Part shown: piece by piece, positions 8,323 through 18,831 of the stretch
Layout: each line of letters starts with the position of its first letter
How positions within the stretch are numbered: position 1 is the stretch's first letter
Assembly (NCBI GenBank): GCA_030540195.1
Contig: JAUNWT010000001.1
Location: 28,598-92,597 of the forward strand
Origin: Bacillota bacterium
GTDB taxonomy: Bacteria > Bacillota_I > Bacilli_A > Erysipelotrichales > Coprobacillaceae
Length of the DNA stretch: 64,000 nucleotides
Direction: 5' to 3'
Made by a program: the position numbers and the translations under genes
The notes under the pieces: model-generated
Told to the model about the DNA's origin: nothing
Seen by the model: only the letters and a program-made list of their open reading frames with translations
Databases searched by the model: none

Positions 8323-9468
8323 ATGAAAACATTTAATTATTCTTATCCAGTAAAAGTTTATTTTGGAAAAGGAAGTGCAAAAGAAGCTTTTTCAAATGAA
8401 TTAAAGAAATATGGAAGTAAAGTTTTATTAGCTTATGGTGGAGGTTCTATTAAAAATAATGGAATCTATAATGAAATTGTTTCTTTATTAAAAGAAGAAA
8501 AGAAAGAAGTCATTGAATTTAATGGGATTATGTCTAATCCAACGTATAAAAAAGTACAAGAAGGAGTAGAGCTTGTAAAAAAAGAAAAAATTGATTTTAT
8601 TTTAGCTGTTGGTGGAGGAAGTGTCATTGATTGTTGTAAAGTCATTTCTAGCCAAGCAGTTATTGATGAAGATATTTGGGATTTAGAATATGTTCATGGT
8701 AAATTTCCAACAGAAGGGATTCCAATGGGTGCCATCGTGACAGCTTCAGGAACAGGGGCTGAAATGAATGGTGGGGCTGTTATTACTCATGAAGAAAAGA
8801 ATTGGAAAGGTGGTATCTTTGCTTCAACCGCTGACTTTGCAGTTCTTGATCCAGCTTATACCATGACAGTTCCAACAATGCAAGTATTATCAGGTGCCTT
8901 TGATACATTAAGTCATGCTTTAGAAACGTATTTAGGAAATTCAGATCAAGATAATGTTTCAGATGATGTTGCCTTAGCTATTATGAAAAATACCGTTGTG
9001 AATATGAGACGTTTATTAAAAGATATCAATGATGAACAAGCAAGAAGTAATTTGATGTGGGATTCAGCCATGGCTGAAAATGGTATTTTAAAATGTGGTC
9101 GTCAAACAGATTTCCAAGTGCATCAAATTGAACATCAATTAGGCGCTTTTACAGATTGTAACCATGGTCAAGGCTTAGCGGTTATTCAACCGGTTTATTG
9201 TTATCATATTTTAAATGATGCCAGAGAAAAATTAACACGTTTTGCAGAAGTTGTTTTTAATCAAAAAACAGCCGAAGAAGGTTTAGAAGCTCTTCAAAAC
9301 TTCATTAAAGAATGTCATTTACCAACAACTTTACCTGAATTAAAATCTAAAGTTGAAATCACAAATGATTTATTAAAGAAAGTAGCGGATACAACAAACC
9401 TTATCAAAACAAATCCGCGTACTCTTACAAAAGAAGAAGTTTATGATATTTTATTAGAATGCATGTAA
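8323..9468 (+). CDS. Iron-containing (group III) alcohol dehydrogenase, butanol dehydrogenase-like
   Basis: 381 aa. GGGSVIDCCK glycine motif and His-rich metal site region (HALETY, HQIEHQLGAFTDCNHGQG). Confidence 0.9.
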   Translation: MKTFNYSYPVKVYFGKGSAKEAFSNELKKYGSKVLLAYGGGSIKNNGIYNEIVSLLKEEKKEVIEFNGIMSNPTYKKVQEGVELVKKEKIDFILAVGGGSVIDCCKVISSQAVIDEDIWDLEYVHGKFPTEGIPMGAIVTASGTGAEMNGGAVITHEEKNWKGGIFASTADFAVLDPAYTMTVPTMQVLSGAFDTLSHALETYLGNSDQDNVSDDVALAIMKNTVVNMRRLLKDINDEQARSNLMWDSAMAENGILKCGRQTDFQVHQIEHQLGAFTDCNHGQGLAVIQPVYCYHILNDAREKLTRFAEVVFNQKTAEEGLEALQNFIKECHLPTTLPELKSKVEITNDLLKKVADTTNLIKTNPRTLTKEEVYDILLECM

Positions 9469-9493
9469 AAAGCTATCTCGGATAGCTTTTTTT
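9468..9493 (+). terminator. Rho-independent terminator after Fe-ADH
   Basis: AGCTATC-TCG-GATAGCT hairpin followed by T7. Confidence 0.7.
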
Positions 9494-9494
9494 G

Positions 9495-9560
9495 TATAAC
9501 TGTCAGTTATAGTGAGATGATTTATTGATATTGTACTTTTGTTTTTTTGAAATCTACAAT
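9495..9560 (+). promoter_or_regulatory. Conserved operator+promoter module, copy B
   Basis: TATAACTGTCAGTTATA (9495-9511), 19 nt, TTGTAC (9531-9536), 18 nt, TACAAT (9555-9560). Confidence 0.6.
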
Positions 9561-9583
9561 AAAGATGTAAGGAGGAACAAGAT

Positions 9584-10432
9584 ATGGAATATATAACTTT
9601 GACTAATGGTTATCAACTACCGATGTTAGGATACGGTACTTTACATATACCTCCTAAACAAACAAAAGAATGTGTTTTAAAAGCCTTTGAAGCAGGTTAT
9701 CGTTTGATTGATACAGCCGCTTCTTATCAAAATGAAAGAGAAATAGGAAAAGCAATCAAAGAATCGAAGCTTAAAAGAGAAGAAATCTATTTGACAACAA
9801 AGGTTTGGGTTCAAGATGCTGGTTATGAAAATACGCTACAGGCATTTCATCAATCATTAGAAAATCTAGGGGTCGATTATTTAGATCTTTATTTAATTCA
9901 TCAACCTTATGGTGATTATTATGGTTCATGGAAAGCTATGGAAGAACTTTATCAACAAGGAAAAATCAAAGCGATTGGTGTCTGCAACTTTTCACCAGAA
10001 AGACTCATGGATCTTTACATGAATAGTTCCATTCATCCCATGATCAATCAACTTGAATACCATCCTTTCTATCAACAAAAAAATCAAAAATGTGTCTTAA
10101 AACAATGTGATTGTCTCTTAGAAGCTTGGGGTCCTTTAAATGAAGGACAACGTGATATCTTTCATCATCCAATGTTATTAGATATTGCGAAGAAACATCA
10201 AAAATCAGTTTCACAAATTATTCTAAGATGGCATTTAGAAAATCACATTATTGCCATTCCTAAAACCACACATTTAAATCGTATGAAAGAAAATATAGAT
10301 ATTTTTGATTTTCAGTTAGATGAAGAAGATAAAAAACAAATAGAACTACTTGATTTAGGTTATAGTGAAATTATTGATCATCAAAATTATATGACCGCAA
10401 AATGGCTTAATAAATATAAAATACATGATTAA
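9584..10432 (+). CDS. Aldo/keto reductase (AKR paralog 1)
   Basis: 282 aa. [34 protein letters not shown] signatures. SD AAGGAGG. Confidence 0.9.
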   Translation: MEYITLTNGYQLPMLGYGTLHIPPKQTKECVLKAFEAGYRLIDTAASYQNEREIGKAIKESKLKREEIYLTTKVWVQDAGYENTLQAFHQSLENLGVDYLDLYLIHQPYGDYYGSWKAMEELYQQGKIKAIGVCNFSPERLMDLYMNSSIHPMINQLEYHPFYQQKNQKCVLKQCDCLLEAWGPLNEGQRDIFHHPMLLDIAKKHQKSVSQIILRWHLENHIIAIPKTTHLNRMKENIDIFDFQLDEEDKKQIELLDLGYSEIIDHQNYMTAKWLNKYKIHD

Positions 10433-10446
10433 AAGGAGAAAGGAAT

Positions 10447-11211
10447 ATGTTATTTTACTTTACAGGTACAGGGAATAGTTTGTATGTGGCGAGACAAATT
10501 GAAGAAAAGCCTATCAGTATTCCGCAAGTCTTACATCAAGAAAACTTAAATTTTAAAGATGAAAAAATTGGAATCGTTTATCCTGTTTATGCCGGAGAAG
10601 CACCTAAAATTGTCTTAGAGTTTTTAGAAAAAGCAACATTTGAAACAGATTATTTTTATTTGATTTTAACTTATGGAAAAGATGTCACAGATGCTCCTGA
10701 ATGCATAGCGCGTTTACTTGAAGAAAAAGGAAAACACGTTAATTATATTCATTCTATTTTAATGGTAGATAATTACTTGCCATCCTTTGATATGAATGAA
10801 CAAAGAGCCATGAATAAAAACGTTGAACAACAAATTCAACAAGCACTTCAAGATATCCAAAACAAAAAAGAAGAAATTCCTGAAGCAACACAAGCAGGGA
10901 GAGATTTCCATGCTTCTGCCAAAGAAATCTTTGCGAAAAATCCAGAACTCATTAATGGTGAACAAATTACGGTAACCGATCAATGTGTAGGTTGTGGTAT
11001 TTGTACAAAGGTTTGTCCAAGAGGACTCTTCTATGTTGAAAATAAAAAAGCGAAGAGAAAACAAAATACCTGTGAATTTTGTTTAGCGTGTGCACAAAAC
11101 TGTCCATCTAAAGCCATTATCACAAAATTGAAAGATGCCAATCCTAATGCCCGTTATAGACATGAAAAAGTAAGTCTAAAAGATATTATTGAAGCAAATC
11201 AACAAGTATAA
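10447..11211 (+). CDS. Flavodoxin-like domain fused to 2x[4Fe-4S] ferredoxin domain (EFR1-type)
   Basis: 254 aa. MLFYFTGTGNSLYVA flavodoxin-type N-terminus. CVGCGICTKVCP and CEFCLACAQNCP ferredoxin motifs. Confidence 0.75.
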   Translation: MLFYFTGTGNSLYVARQIEEKPISIPQVLHQENLNFKDEKIGIVYPVYAGEAPKIVLEFLEKATFETDYFYLILTYGKDVTDAPECIARLLEEKGKHVNYIHSILMVDNYLPSFDMNEQRAMNKNVEQQIQQALQDIQNKKEEIPEATQAGRDFHASAKEIFAKNPELINGEQITVTDQCVGCGICTKVCPRGLFYVENKKAKRKQNTCEFCLACAQNCPSKAIITKLKDANPNARYRHEKVSLKDIIEANQQV

Positions 11212-11272
11212 CTGACAGTTATACTAACATGCACTATTTATATTGTACATTTATAGAATTTAAAACTAAAAT
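11207..11272 (+). promoter_or_regulatory. Conserved operator+promoter module, copy C
   Basis: TATAACTGACAGTTATA (11207-11223, overlapping the TAA stop of the upstream gene), 19 nt, TTGTAC (11243-11248), 18 nt, TAAAAT (11267-11272). No terminator precedes it. Confidence 0.6.
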
Positions 11273-11298
11273 AAAGATAGAAATTGGAGGAGATAATA

Positions 11299-12139
11299 AT
11301 GAAAACTTTTGAATTAAATAATAAACAAACAATCCCAGCAGTAGGATTTGGGGTCTTCATGATTCCTAATGATGGACCTACTTACGAAGCAACTTTAGCT
11401 GCTTTAAAAGCAGGATATCGTCATATTGATACAGCTGCTGGTTATTGTAATGAAAGTGATGTTGGAAAAGCCATTAAAGATAGTGGTATTGATCGTTCAG
11501 AAATCTTTATTACTTCTAAATTATGGTTACAAGATTATGGTTATGAAAATGCGAAAAAAGGTATTGAAACTTCTATGAAATTATTAGGAGTTGATTATAT
11601 TGATCTTTATTTATTACATCAACCATATGGTGATTATTTAGGAGCTTGGAAAGCTTTAGAAGAAGCTTATCAAGCAGGTAAAATCAAATCTATTGGTATT
11701 TCTAATATTACTGTGAACTTATGGAATAAATTTAAAGATGGTATGACAGTAATGCCAGCAGTCAACCAAGTAGAATTTAACCCATTTGTGCAACAAAAAG
11801 AATTAAGAAAAGTGATGGCTGAAAACGATATTCGTTTAGAAGCATGGTATCCATTAGGACATGGAAATAAAGATTTATTAGAAAATGAAACAATCGTTTC
11901 ATTAGCTAAAAAATATAATAAAAATGCCGGTCAAATTATCTTAAGATGGATTTATCAAGAAGGCGTTATTTCTTTACCTAAATCTACAAATGAAGAAAGA
12001 ATGAAAGGAAACATTGATATCTTTGATTTTGAATTAACAGATGAAGAAATGAAAGCAATGCAAGCCTTAGATACAAACAAACCATCTCATAATCCTGAAG
12101 ATCCTGCCAACGAAACACGTTTAATGGGATTAAAAATTC

Positions 12140-12147
<8 letters not shown>
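11299..12147 (+). CDS. Aldo/keto reductase (AKR paralog 2)
   Basis: ORF track 11284..12147. ATG 11299 preferred (GGAGGAG SD upstream). GYRHIDTAAGYCNE, IDLYLLHQP, QIILRW motifs. Confidence 0.9.
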
Positions 12148-13836
<1,689 letters not shown>

Positions 13837-13845
13837 TAAAAAAGA

Positions 13846-13874
13846 TTGTAACCGTTTTAATTTTGTGATATTAT
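13846..13874 (+). promoter_or_regulatory. Promoter of bgl operon with overlapping cre-like site
   Basis: TTGTAA (13846-13851), 17 nt, extended -10 TGATATTAT (13866-13874). TGTAACCGTTTTAA (13847-13860) matches cre consensus TGWAANCGNTNWCA at 13 of 14 positions. Confidence 0.5.
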
Positions 13875-13889
13875 GTTCGAGTAGTTTAT

Positions 13890-13970
13890 AGGATAGTGAT
13901 TGTTTAAGTACAAGCTAAACCTGTTTATTGCCACCCTTTTTAAGTGCGCAATAAATAGGTTTTTATTTTT
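13890..13970 (+). promoter_or_regulatory. RAT (ribonucleic antiterminator) element overlapping an intrinsic terminator
   Basis: GGATAGTGATTGTTTAAGTACAAGCTAAACCT resembles the BglG/LicT RAT consensus (GGATTGTNACTG...GCAGGCAAAACCT). Its 3' end overlaps hairpin CCTGTTTATTGC (13920-13931) / GCAATAAATAGG (13948-13959), which is followed by a T-run. Confidence 0.7.
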
Positions 13971-13982
13971 GGAGGGGTGATT

Positions 13983-14822
13983 ATGGAAATAAGCAAAGTT
14001 TTAAACAACAATGTAGCTGTCGTTATTGAAAATAACGAAGAAAAGATTGTGATGGGTCGAGGAATCTGTTTTAAAAAGAAAACAGGAGATATAATTGAAC
14101 CAGAAAAAATAGATAAAGTTTTTTATTTACAAAACCAAGAAGTCTTAAGTCGTTTTAAAGAACTTGTGGTGGATATTCCTTTAGAATATTTAGAAATCGG
14201 TGAAGAAATTATGGATGAAGCAAGATTAAGTTTAGGAAAAGCTTTAAATGATAATATCTTTATTTCCATGGTTGATCATATTTATACCGCTGTTGTTAGA
14301 GCGAAAGATGATATTTTAGTGAAGAATGCTTTATTATGGGATATTCAAAGATTTTATAAAGAAGAATATCAAATAGGGAAAAAAGCTCTTGAGATTATTG
14401 AAAAGAAAACAGGAGTTCTTTTACCAAATGATGAAGCAGGATTTATTGCCTTACATATTGTCAATGGACAATTAGATGAAGATGTTCATGATATGTATGA
14501 AATTACGAAGATCATGCAAGAAATCGAAAATATTGTTCGTTATCACTTCAAGATAGAATTTAATGAAGAAAGTGCTTATTACTATCGTTTTATTACCCAT
14601 TTGAAATTCTTTGCACAACGTTTAGTTGAACATAAAAAACAAAACAAACAAGAAGATGATTTGTTGGAAGTGGTTCAAGTAAAATATGCCAATGCTTATC
14701 AATGTGTCGAAAAAATTGCGATGTACATAAAAAATCAATATAACTATGAACTTTATGACGAAGAAAAACTTTATTTAACGATCCATATACATCGTGTAGT
14801 TTATCTTGGAAATAGTCATTAA
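13983..14822 (+). CDS. licT: BglG/LicT family PRD-containing transcription antiterminator
   Basis: ORF track 13977..14822. ATG 13983 preferred (GGAGGGG SD). CAT domain MEISKVLNNNVAVVIENNEEKIVMGRGICF followed by two PRD domains. Confidence 0.9.
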   Translation: MEISKVLNNNVAVVIENNEEKIVMGRGICFKKKTGDIIEPEKIDKVFYLQNQEVLSRFKELVVDIPLEYLEIGEEIMDEARLSLGKALNDNIFISMVDHIYTAVVRAKDDILVKNALLWDIQRFYKEEYQIGKKALEIIEKKTGVLLPNDEAGFIALHIVNGQLDEDVHDMYEITKIMQEIENIVRYHFKIEFNEESAYYYRFITHLKFFAQRLVEHKKQNKQEDDLLEVVQVKYANAYQCVEKIAMYIKNQYNYELYDEEKLYLTIHIHRVVYLGNSH

Positions 14823-14888
14823 TTGGATGGTGACATTAAGTTGGCCAAACCTTCAAATTTCAATACTTTAGAAAGATGGAGGAAAATT

Positions 14889-16772
14889 ATGAGTAAGTAT
14901 GAAAATTTAGCCAAAGAAATTTTGGAAAATGTTGGTGGAAAGGAAAACATCAACAGCTTAACACATTGTGTTACAAGATTACGTTTTCGTTTAAAAGACG
15001 AATCAAAAGCCAATGATGAAGCATTAAAAAATAATCCAGGTGTTGTCACTGTGATGAAATCAGCAGGACAATATCAAGTTGTTATTGGAAATCATGTTCC
15101 TTTAGTATACGCAGACGTCTGTGAACTTGCCGGTATTAGTAATGGAACTCAACAAGAAGAAGATGAAGCACCTCAAGGACTTTTTAATAAGTTGATTGAT
15201 GTTATTTCAGGATGTTTCCAACCTATTTTAGGACCATTATGTGCAGCTGGGATCATTAAAGGATTAAATGCTTTATTAGTCTTTATTTTAGGATCAAGTT
15301 TCAATAATAGTGGAACATATATAATTTTAAATGCCATTGGTGATTCTATTTTTAACTTTTTACCAATTATTTTAGGATATACCGCAGCTAAAAAATTCAA
15401 TGTCAATGTTGTTGTCGGAATGATCATTGGAGCAACACTTTGTTATCCAACAATTCAAACAGATACATTGTCAGCTGCAGGAAAAGCAATTGGAACATTA
15501 CCATTGATTGGATCTTATTATACAAAATTCATTGGTATTCCATTTGTTTCAGGTAACTATACAAGTACTGTTGTACCTGTTATCTGTATTGTTGCTTTAG
15601 CGGCTCAAATTCAAAAAATTGCGAAGAAATTTGTACCTGAAATGTTACAAAACTTCTTTGTGCCATTCTTTGTTTTAATTATTTCACTTCCAATTGGTTT
15701 ACTTGTTATTGGACCAGTTGTAAGTTTATTAACAACAGTTTTATCAAATATGTTTGCTGGACTTTATGCTTTTTCACCAATCGTAACAGCTTTTGTCATT
15801 GGAGCATTATGGCAATGTTTAGTTATCTTTGGTTTACATTGGGCACTCGTTCCAATGGCGATGGTCAATATTGGAAACTTAGGATATGATACAATTTTAC
15901 CAGGTATGTTAGGAACAACATTTGCGGCAACAGGTGTTCTTGCAGCGATGTATTTAAAATTAAAAGATGAAAACAAAAAAGCACTTGCAATCCCAGGTGT
16001 GATTTCTGCATTCTGTGGGGTAACAGAACCAGCTATTTATGGTTTCTTATTACCTGAAAAAACACCATTTGTTTTCTCTTGTATCGGTGGTGCTGTTGGT
16101 GGTGCCATTATGGGAACAGTTGCGGCTAAACAATATGTTATTGGTGGACTTGGAATCTTTAGTGTTGTAAACTTCATTTCACCAAAAGGAGATGCAACTG
16201 GTATGATCGTTTCATTAATTGCGGGAGCTGTTTCATTAGTTGTTGGTTTTGTTTTAACAATTATTTTCTATAAAACAAATGATCAACAAGTTGAAAATAA
16301 AGAAGCAACAAAATTAGAAAAAGAAACAATTTTATCGCCAATTAAAGGAGAAGTAAAACCAATCGAAGAATCAAGCGATGCTGCTTTTGCATCAGGTGCT
16401 TTAGGAAAAGGTGTTGTTATTTTACCAGAAGAAGGAAAAGTATATGCTCCTGTGACTGGTACGATTACTGTTTTATTCCCAAGTTTACATGCAATTGGTA
16501 TTACCAGTGATGCAGGTGTTGAATTACTTATTCACATTGGTATTAATACCGTACAACTTAATGGTGAAGGCTTTACTGCCCATATTAAACAAGGTGATCA
16601 AATTAAACAAGGTCAATTACTTGTTGAATTTGATATGAATAAAATTAAAGAAGCCGGTTATTCTTTAGAAACTCCTGTTTTAGTCACAAATTATGCAGAT
16701 TTAAAAGAAGTTAAAAATACAAAGGCTTCATCTGTACAATTACAAGAAACTTTAATAGAAGTTAAATACTAA
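14889..16772 (+). CDS. PTS beta-glucoside-family transporter, EIIBCA
   Basis: ORF track 14823..16772. ATG 14889 preferred (GGAGG SD at 14878-14882; typical N-terminus MSKYENLAKEILENVGGKENI). EIIB Cys motif LTHCVTRLRF, multi-TM EIIC, C-terminal EIIA (LIHIGINTV). Confidence 0.9.
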   Translation: MSKYENLAKEILENVGGKENINSLTHCVTRLRFRLKDESKANDEALKNNPGVVTVMKSAGQYQVVIGNHVPLVYADVCELAGISNGTQQEEDEAPQGLFNKLIDVISGCFQPILGPLCAAGIIKGLNALLVFILGSSFNNSGTYIILNAIGDSIFNFLPIILGYTAAKKFNVNVVVGMIIGATLCYPTIQTDTLSAAGKAIGTLPLIGSYYTKFIGIPFVSGNYTSTVVPVICIVALAAQIQKIAKKFVPEMLQNFFVPFFVLIISLPIGLLVIGPVVSLLTTVLSNMFAGLYAFSPIVTAFVIGALWQCLVIFGLHWALVPMAMVNIGNLGYDTILPGMLGTTFAATGVLAAMYLKLKDENKKALAIPGVISAFCGVTEPAIYGFLLPEKTPFVFSCIGGAVGGAIMGTVAAKQYVIGGLGIFSVVNFISPKGDATGMIVSLIAGAVSLVVGFVLTIIFYKTNDQQVENKEATKLEKETILSPIKGEVKPIEESSDAAFASGALGKGVVILPEEGKVYAPVTGTITVLFPSLHAIGITSDAGVELLIHIGINTVQLNGEGFTAHIKQGDQIKQGQLLVEFDMNKIKEAGYSLETPVLVTNYADLKEVKNTKASSVQLQETLIEVKY

Positions 16773-16796
16773 AAATGAAGGTATTGGAGGGATCAT

Positions 16797-17495
16797 ATGA
16801 ATAGACCTTATGTCATATGCCATATGTTGCAATCAATAGATGGTAAAATTGCGGGTGGTTTCTTTAGAGAAAAACAAACATTAGAACTTGCGAAGATTTA
16901 TAGTGACATTTCTAAAGACTATAACGGAGATGCAATCATTTATGGTACAACAACCGCTAAAGAAATGTTTTCAAGTTCTAAAACAACACCTGTTTTAAAT
17001 CAAAAACCTATTCAAAAAATAGACTATATTTATAAAGATGATAAAAAGAAATGGATCGTGGTGATTGATCCTCAAGGTCAAATTTCTTTTGATCAATCGG
17101 TTTATCAAAATCCAAGACTTAAAGATAAAAATTTAATCGTAATTCTTACAGAAAATATTTCCAGACAATACCTAGAAACATTAAAGTCATTAAATATTTC
17201 TTATTTATTTACTGGTAAAGAAGAAATAGATTTAAAACTTGCTTTAGAAAAGCTTTATGATTTATTTTCTATTAAAAAGCTTTTATTACAAGGTGGCGGA
17301 ATTACGAATACCTATTTTATTAAAGAAGATTTAATAGATGAATTAAGTCTTGTTGTTTCTCCTGTTGTATCAGGAGAAGAAAAACAACCTAATATTTTTG
17401 AAGATTGTCATGAATATATAGGACAAACATTTGATTTAAAACAAAGTGATCTCTTAAGAAAATCAGGTTTATATTTAAAATATGTAAGAAAATAG
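16797..17495 (+). CDS. RibD C-terminal domain / dihydrofolate-reductase-like family protein
   Basis: 232 aa. N-terminus MNRPYVICHMLQSIDGKIAG and LLLQGGGITN motif typical of RibD_C-type reductases. SD GGAGGG. Confidence 0.7.
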   Translation: MNRPYVICHMLQSIDGKIAGGFFREKQTLELAKIYSDISKDYNGDAIIYGTTTAKEMFSSSKTTPVLNQKPIQKIDYIYKDDKKKWIVVIDPQGQISFDQSVYQNPRLKDKNLIVILTENISRQYLETLKSLNISYLFTGKEEIDLKLALEKLYDLFSIKKLLLQGGGITNTYFIKEDLIDELSLVVSPVVSGEEKQPNIFEDCHEYIGQTFDLKQSDLLRKSGLYLKYVRK

Positions 17496-17518
17496 TGGGA
17501 CTCAGGTCTCACTTTTTT
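17495..17518 (+). terminator. Rho-independent terminator after bgl operon
   Basis: GTGGGAC-TCAG-GTCTCAC hairpin (one G-U pair) followed by T6. Confidence 0.65.
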
Positions 17519-17520
17519 AG

Positions 17521-17586
17521 TATAACTGTCAGTTATACATGGATGTATTATTGATATTGTACATTTAAAAAAGTAATAGCTAAAAT
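17521..17586 (+). promoter_or_regulatory. Conserved operator+promoter module, copy D
   Basis: TATAACTGTCAGTTATA (17521-17537), 19 nt, TTGTAC (17557-17562), 18 nt, TAAAAT (17581-17586). Confidence 0.6.
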
Positions 17587-17608
17587 GGAATTAGAAAGGG
17601 GGATTGAT

Positions 17609-18196
17609 GTGAGAAAAGTAATTGATGTAGGGATGATGATTTTATTATTACTTTTAATGGCTTTTCCATTTACTGGACAAGATATTCACATTTTTTTGGG
17701 AATAATCATGCTTATTTTCTTTATTATTCATCATTATTTAAATAAAAGATGGTATTTGAGTTTATTTAAAGGTAAGAAAACAAAAATAAAAATACTATTT
17801 ATGATCATTAATAGTTTATTACTTATAAGTATATTGGGTGTTGCGCTCAGTGGTTTAACACTTGCTGGATATGTGCCTATCATGTCCTATTTTCTAGCAA
17901 GAAAGATGCATTTAGTATGTTCTTATTGGAGTTATTTACTCATGGGATTACATGTGGGCTTGCATCTACAAGTTACAAAGATGATTAAAAATCAAATCAT
18001 TGTTTATGGAATAATGCTTATAGGAATTATTTTATTTACGAAAAATCAAATACTTATTTATTTGTTGAATATGTCTGATTTTTTATATGTAAGTAATCAA
18101 ATGAATATCGTTATTTATATGTTTGAATATTTGATGATCTTTATTTTATTTGTATTATTCATGAATGTCATCATAAAGGAGATGAAGAAGAAATGA
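17609..18196 (+). CDS. DUF4405-like polytopic membrane protein (cytochrome-b-like, His-rich TM helices)
   Basis: ORF track 17585..18196. ATG 17585 lies inside the predicted -10 box, so in-frame GTG 17609 (AAAGGGGG SD 5-6 nt upstream) is preferred. TM His residues in DIHIFLG, IIHHYLNKRW, KMHLVCSYW, GLHVGLH. Confidence 0.6.
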   Translation: MRKVIDVGMMILLLLLMAFPFTGQDIHIFLGIIMLIFFIIHHYLNKRWYLSLFKGKKTKIKILFMIINSLLLISILGVALSGLTLAGYVPIMSYFLARKMHLVCSYWSYLLMGLHVGLHLQVTKMIKNQIIVYGIMLIGIILFTKNQILIYLLNMSDFLYVSNQMNIVIYMFEYLMIFILFVLFMNVIIKEMKKK

Positions 18197-18831
18197 AAAA
18201 GAAAATATTAATTGTACTTGCAGTTGTTTGCATTATTGTAGCGGGTGCGGGTTATTATTTTTATCGCACACAAAGAAATGTAAGTGTTGGTTTAAATAAA
18301 CGTATTCAAGATGAAAATGGTAAAAAAGGAAAGACTTCTTTAGAAAGCTCTAAAGTATTAGTGGTTTATTTTTCTAATGGGGGAAATACTCAAAAACTTG
18401 CAAAAGAAATTTATAATCAAGTTGGAGGAGATTTTAGACAAATTAAACCAGTAAAAGCTTATCCTAAAGGAAATAAACTTTATGATTATACAAAAAATGA
18501 ACAGGAAAAAAATGGGCGACCAAAACTAAAAGACTTAAATATTGATATAAGTCACTATGATACGATTTTTATTGGTTATCCTATTTGGTGGTATACCTAT
18601 CCACAAATTATTTTGAGTTTCTTCGATCAATATGATTTAAGTAATAAAACAATTATTCCTTTTGTGACACATGGTGGTAGTGGTATGTCAGGAACAAAAG
18701 AAGATATGGAAGAATATTTAAAAGATAAAAGTGTAACTGTAAAAGAAGGACTTGCTGTAAGTCGAACAGATATTGAAAAGAGTCAAAAGGAAACAGTTGA
18801 AAATTGGTTAAAGGAGCTTGGTTATGAATGA
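18193..18831 (+). CDS. Flavodoxin-family protein with N-terminal signal-anchor helix
   Basis: 212 aa. MKKK plus a hydrophobic helix (ILIVLAVVCIIVAGAGYYFY), a linker, then flavodoxin fold (KVLVVYFSNGGNTQKLAKEI, IGYPIWWYTYP). Start overlaps the upstream stop. Confidence 0.75.
   Translation: MKKKILIVLAVVCIIVAGAGYYFYRTQRNVSVGLNKRIQDENGKKGKTSLESSKVLVVYFSNGGNTQKLAKEIYNQVGGDFRQIKPVKAYPKGNKLYDYTKNEQEKNGRPKLKDLNIDISHYDTIFIGYPIWWYTYPQIILSFFDQYDLSNKTIIPFVTHGGSGMSGTKEDMEEYLKDKSVTVKEGLAVSRTDIEKSQKETVENWLKELGYE

Noticed and set aside
6175-9487. Terminator stems at 6175-6195 (GAGCTATC/GATAGCTC) and 9471-9487 (AGCTATC/GATAGCT), as members of a repeat family
   Set aside because: Only the 7-8-nt stem arms match. 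Loops, flanks and tails differ. This is too short to distinguish from chance in an AT-rich genome, unlike the 45-bp repeat at 33966/40247.
14823-14888. N-terminal 22-codon extension of the PTS ORF given in the track
   Set aside because: The extension starts directly at the licT stop, has no SD, and covers the RAT-like element. ATG 14889 has a GGAGG SD and gives the canonical EIIB N-terminus.
17585-17608. ATG 17585 as the start of the DUF4405-like gene
   Set aside because: This ATG lies inside the conserved -10 box (TAAAAT, 17581-17586) of module D, so it would not be on the transcript. In-frame GTG 17609 has a proper SD.
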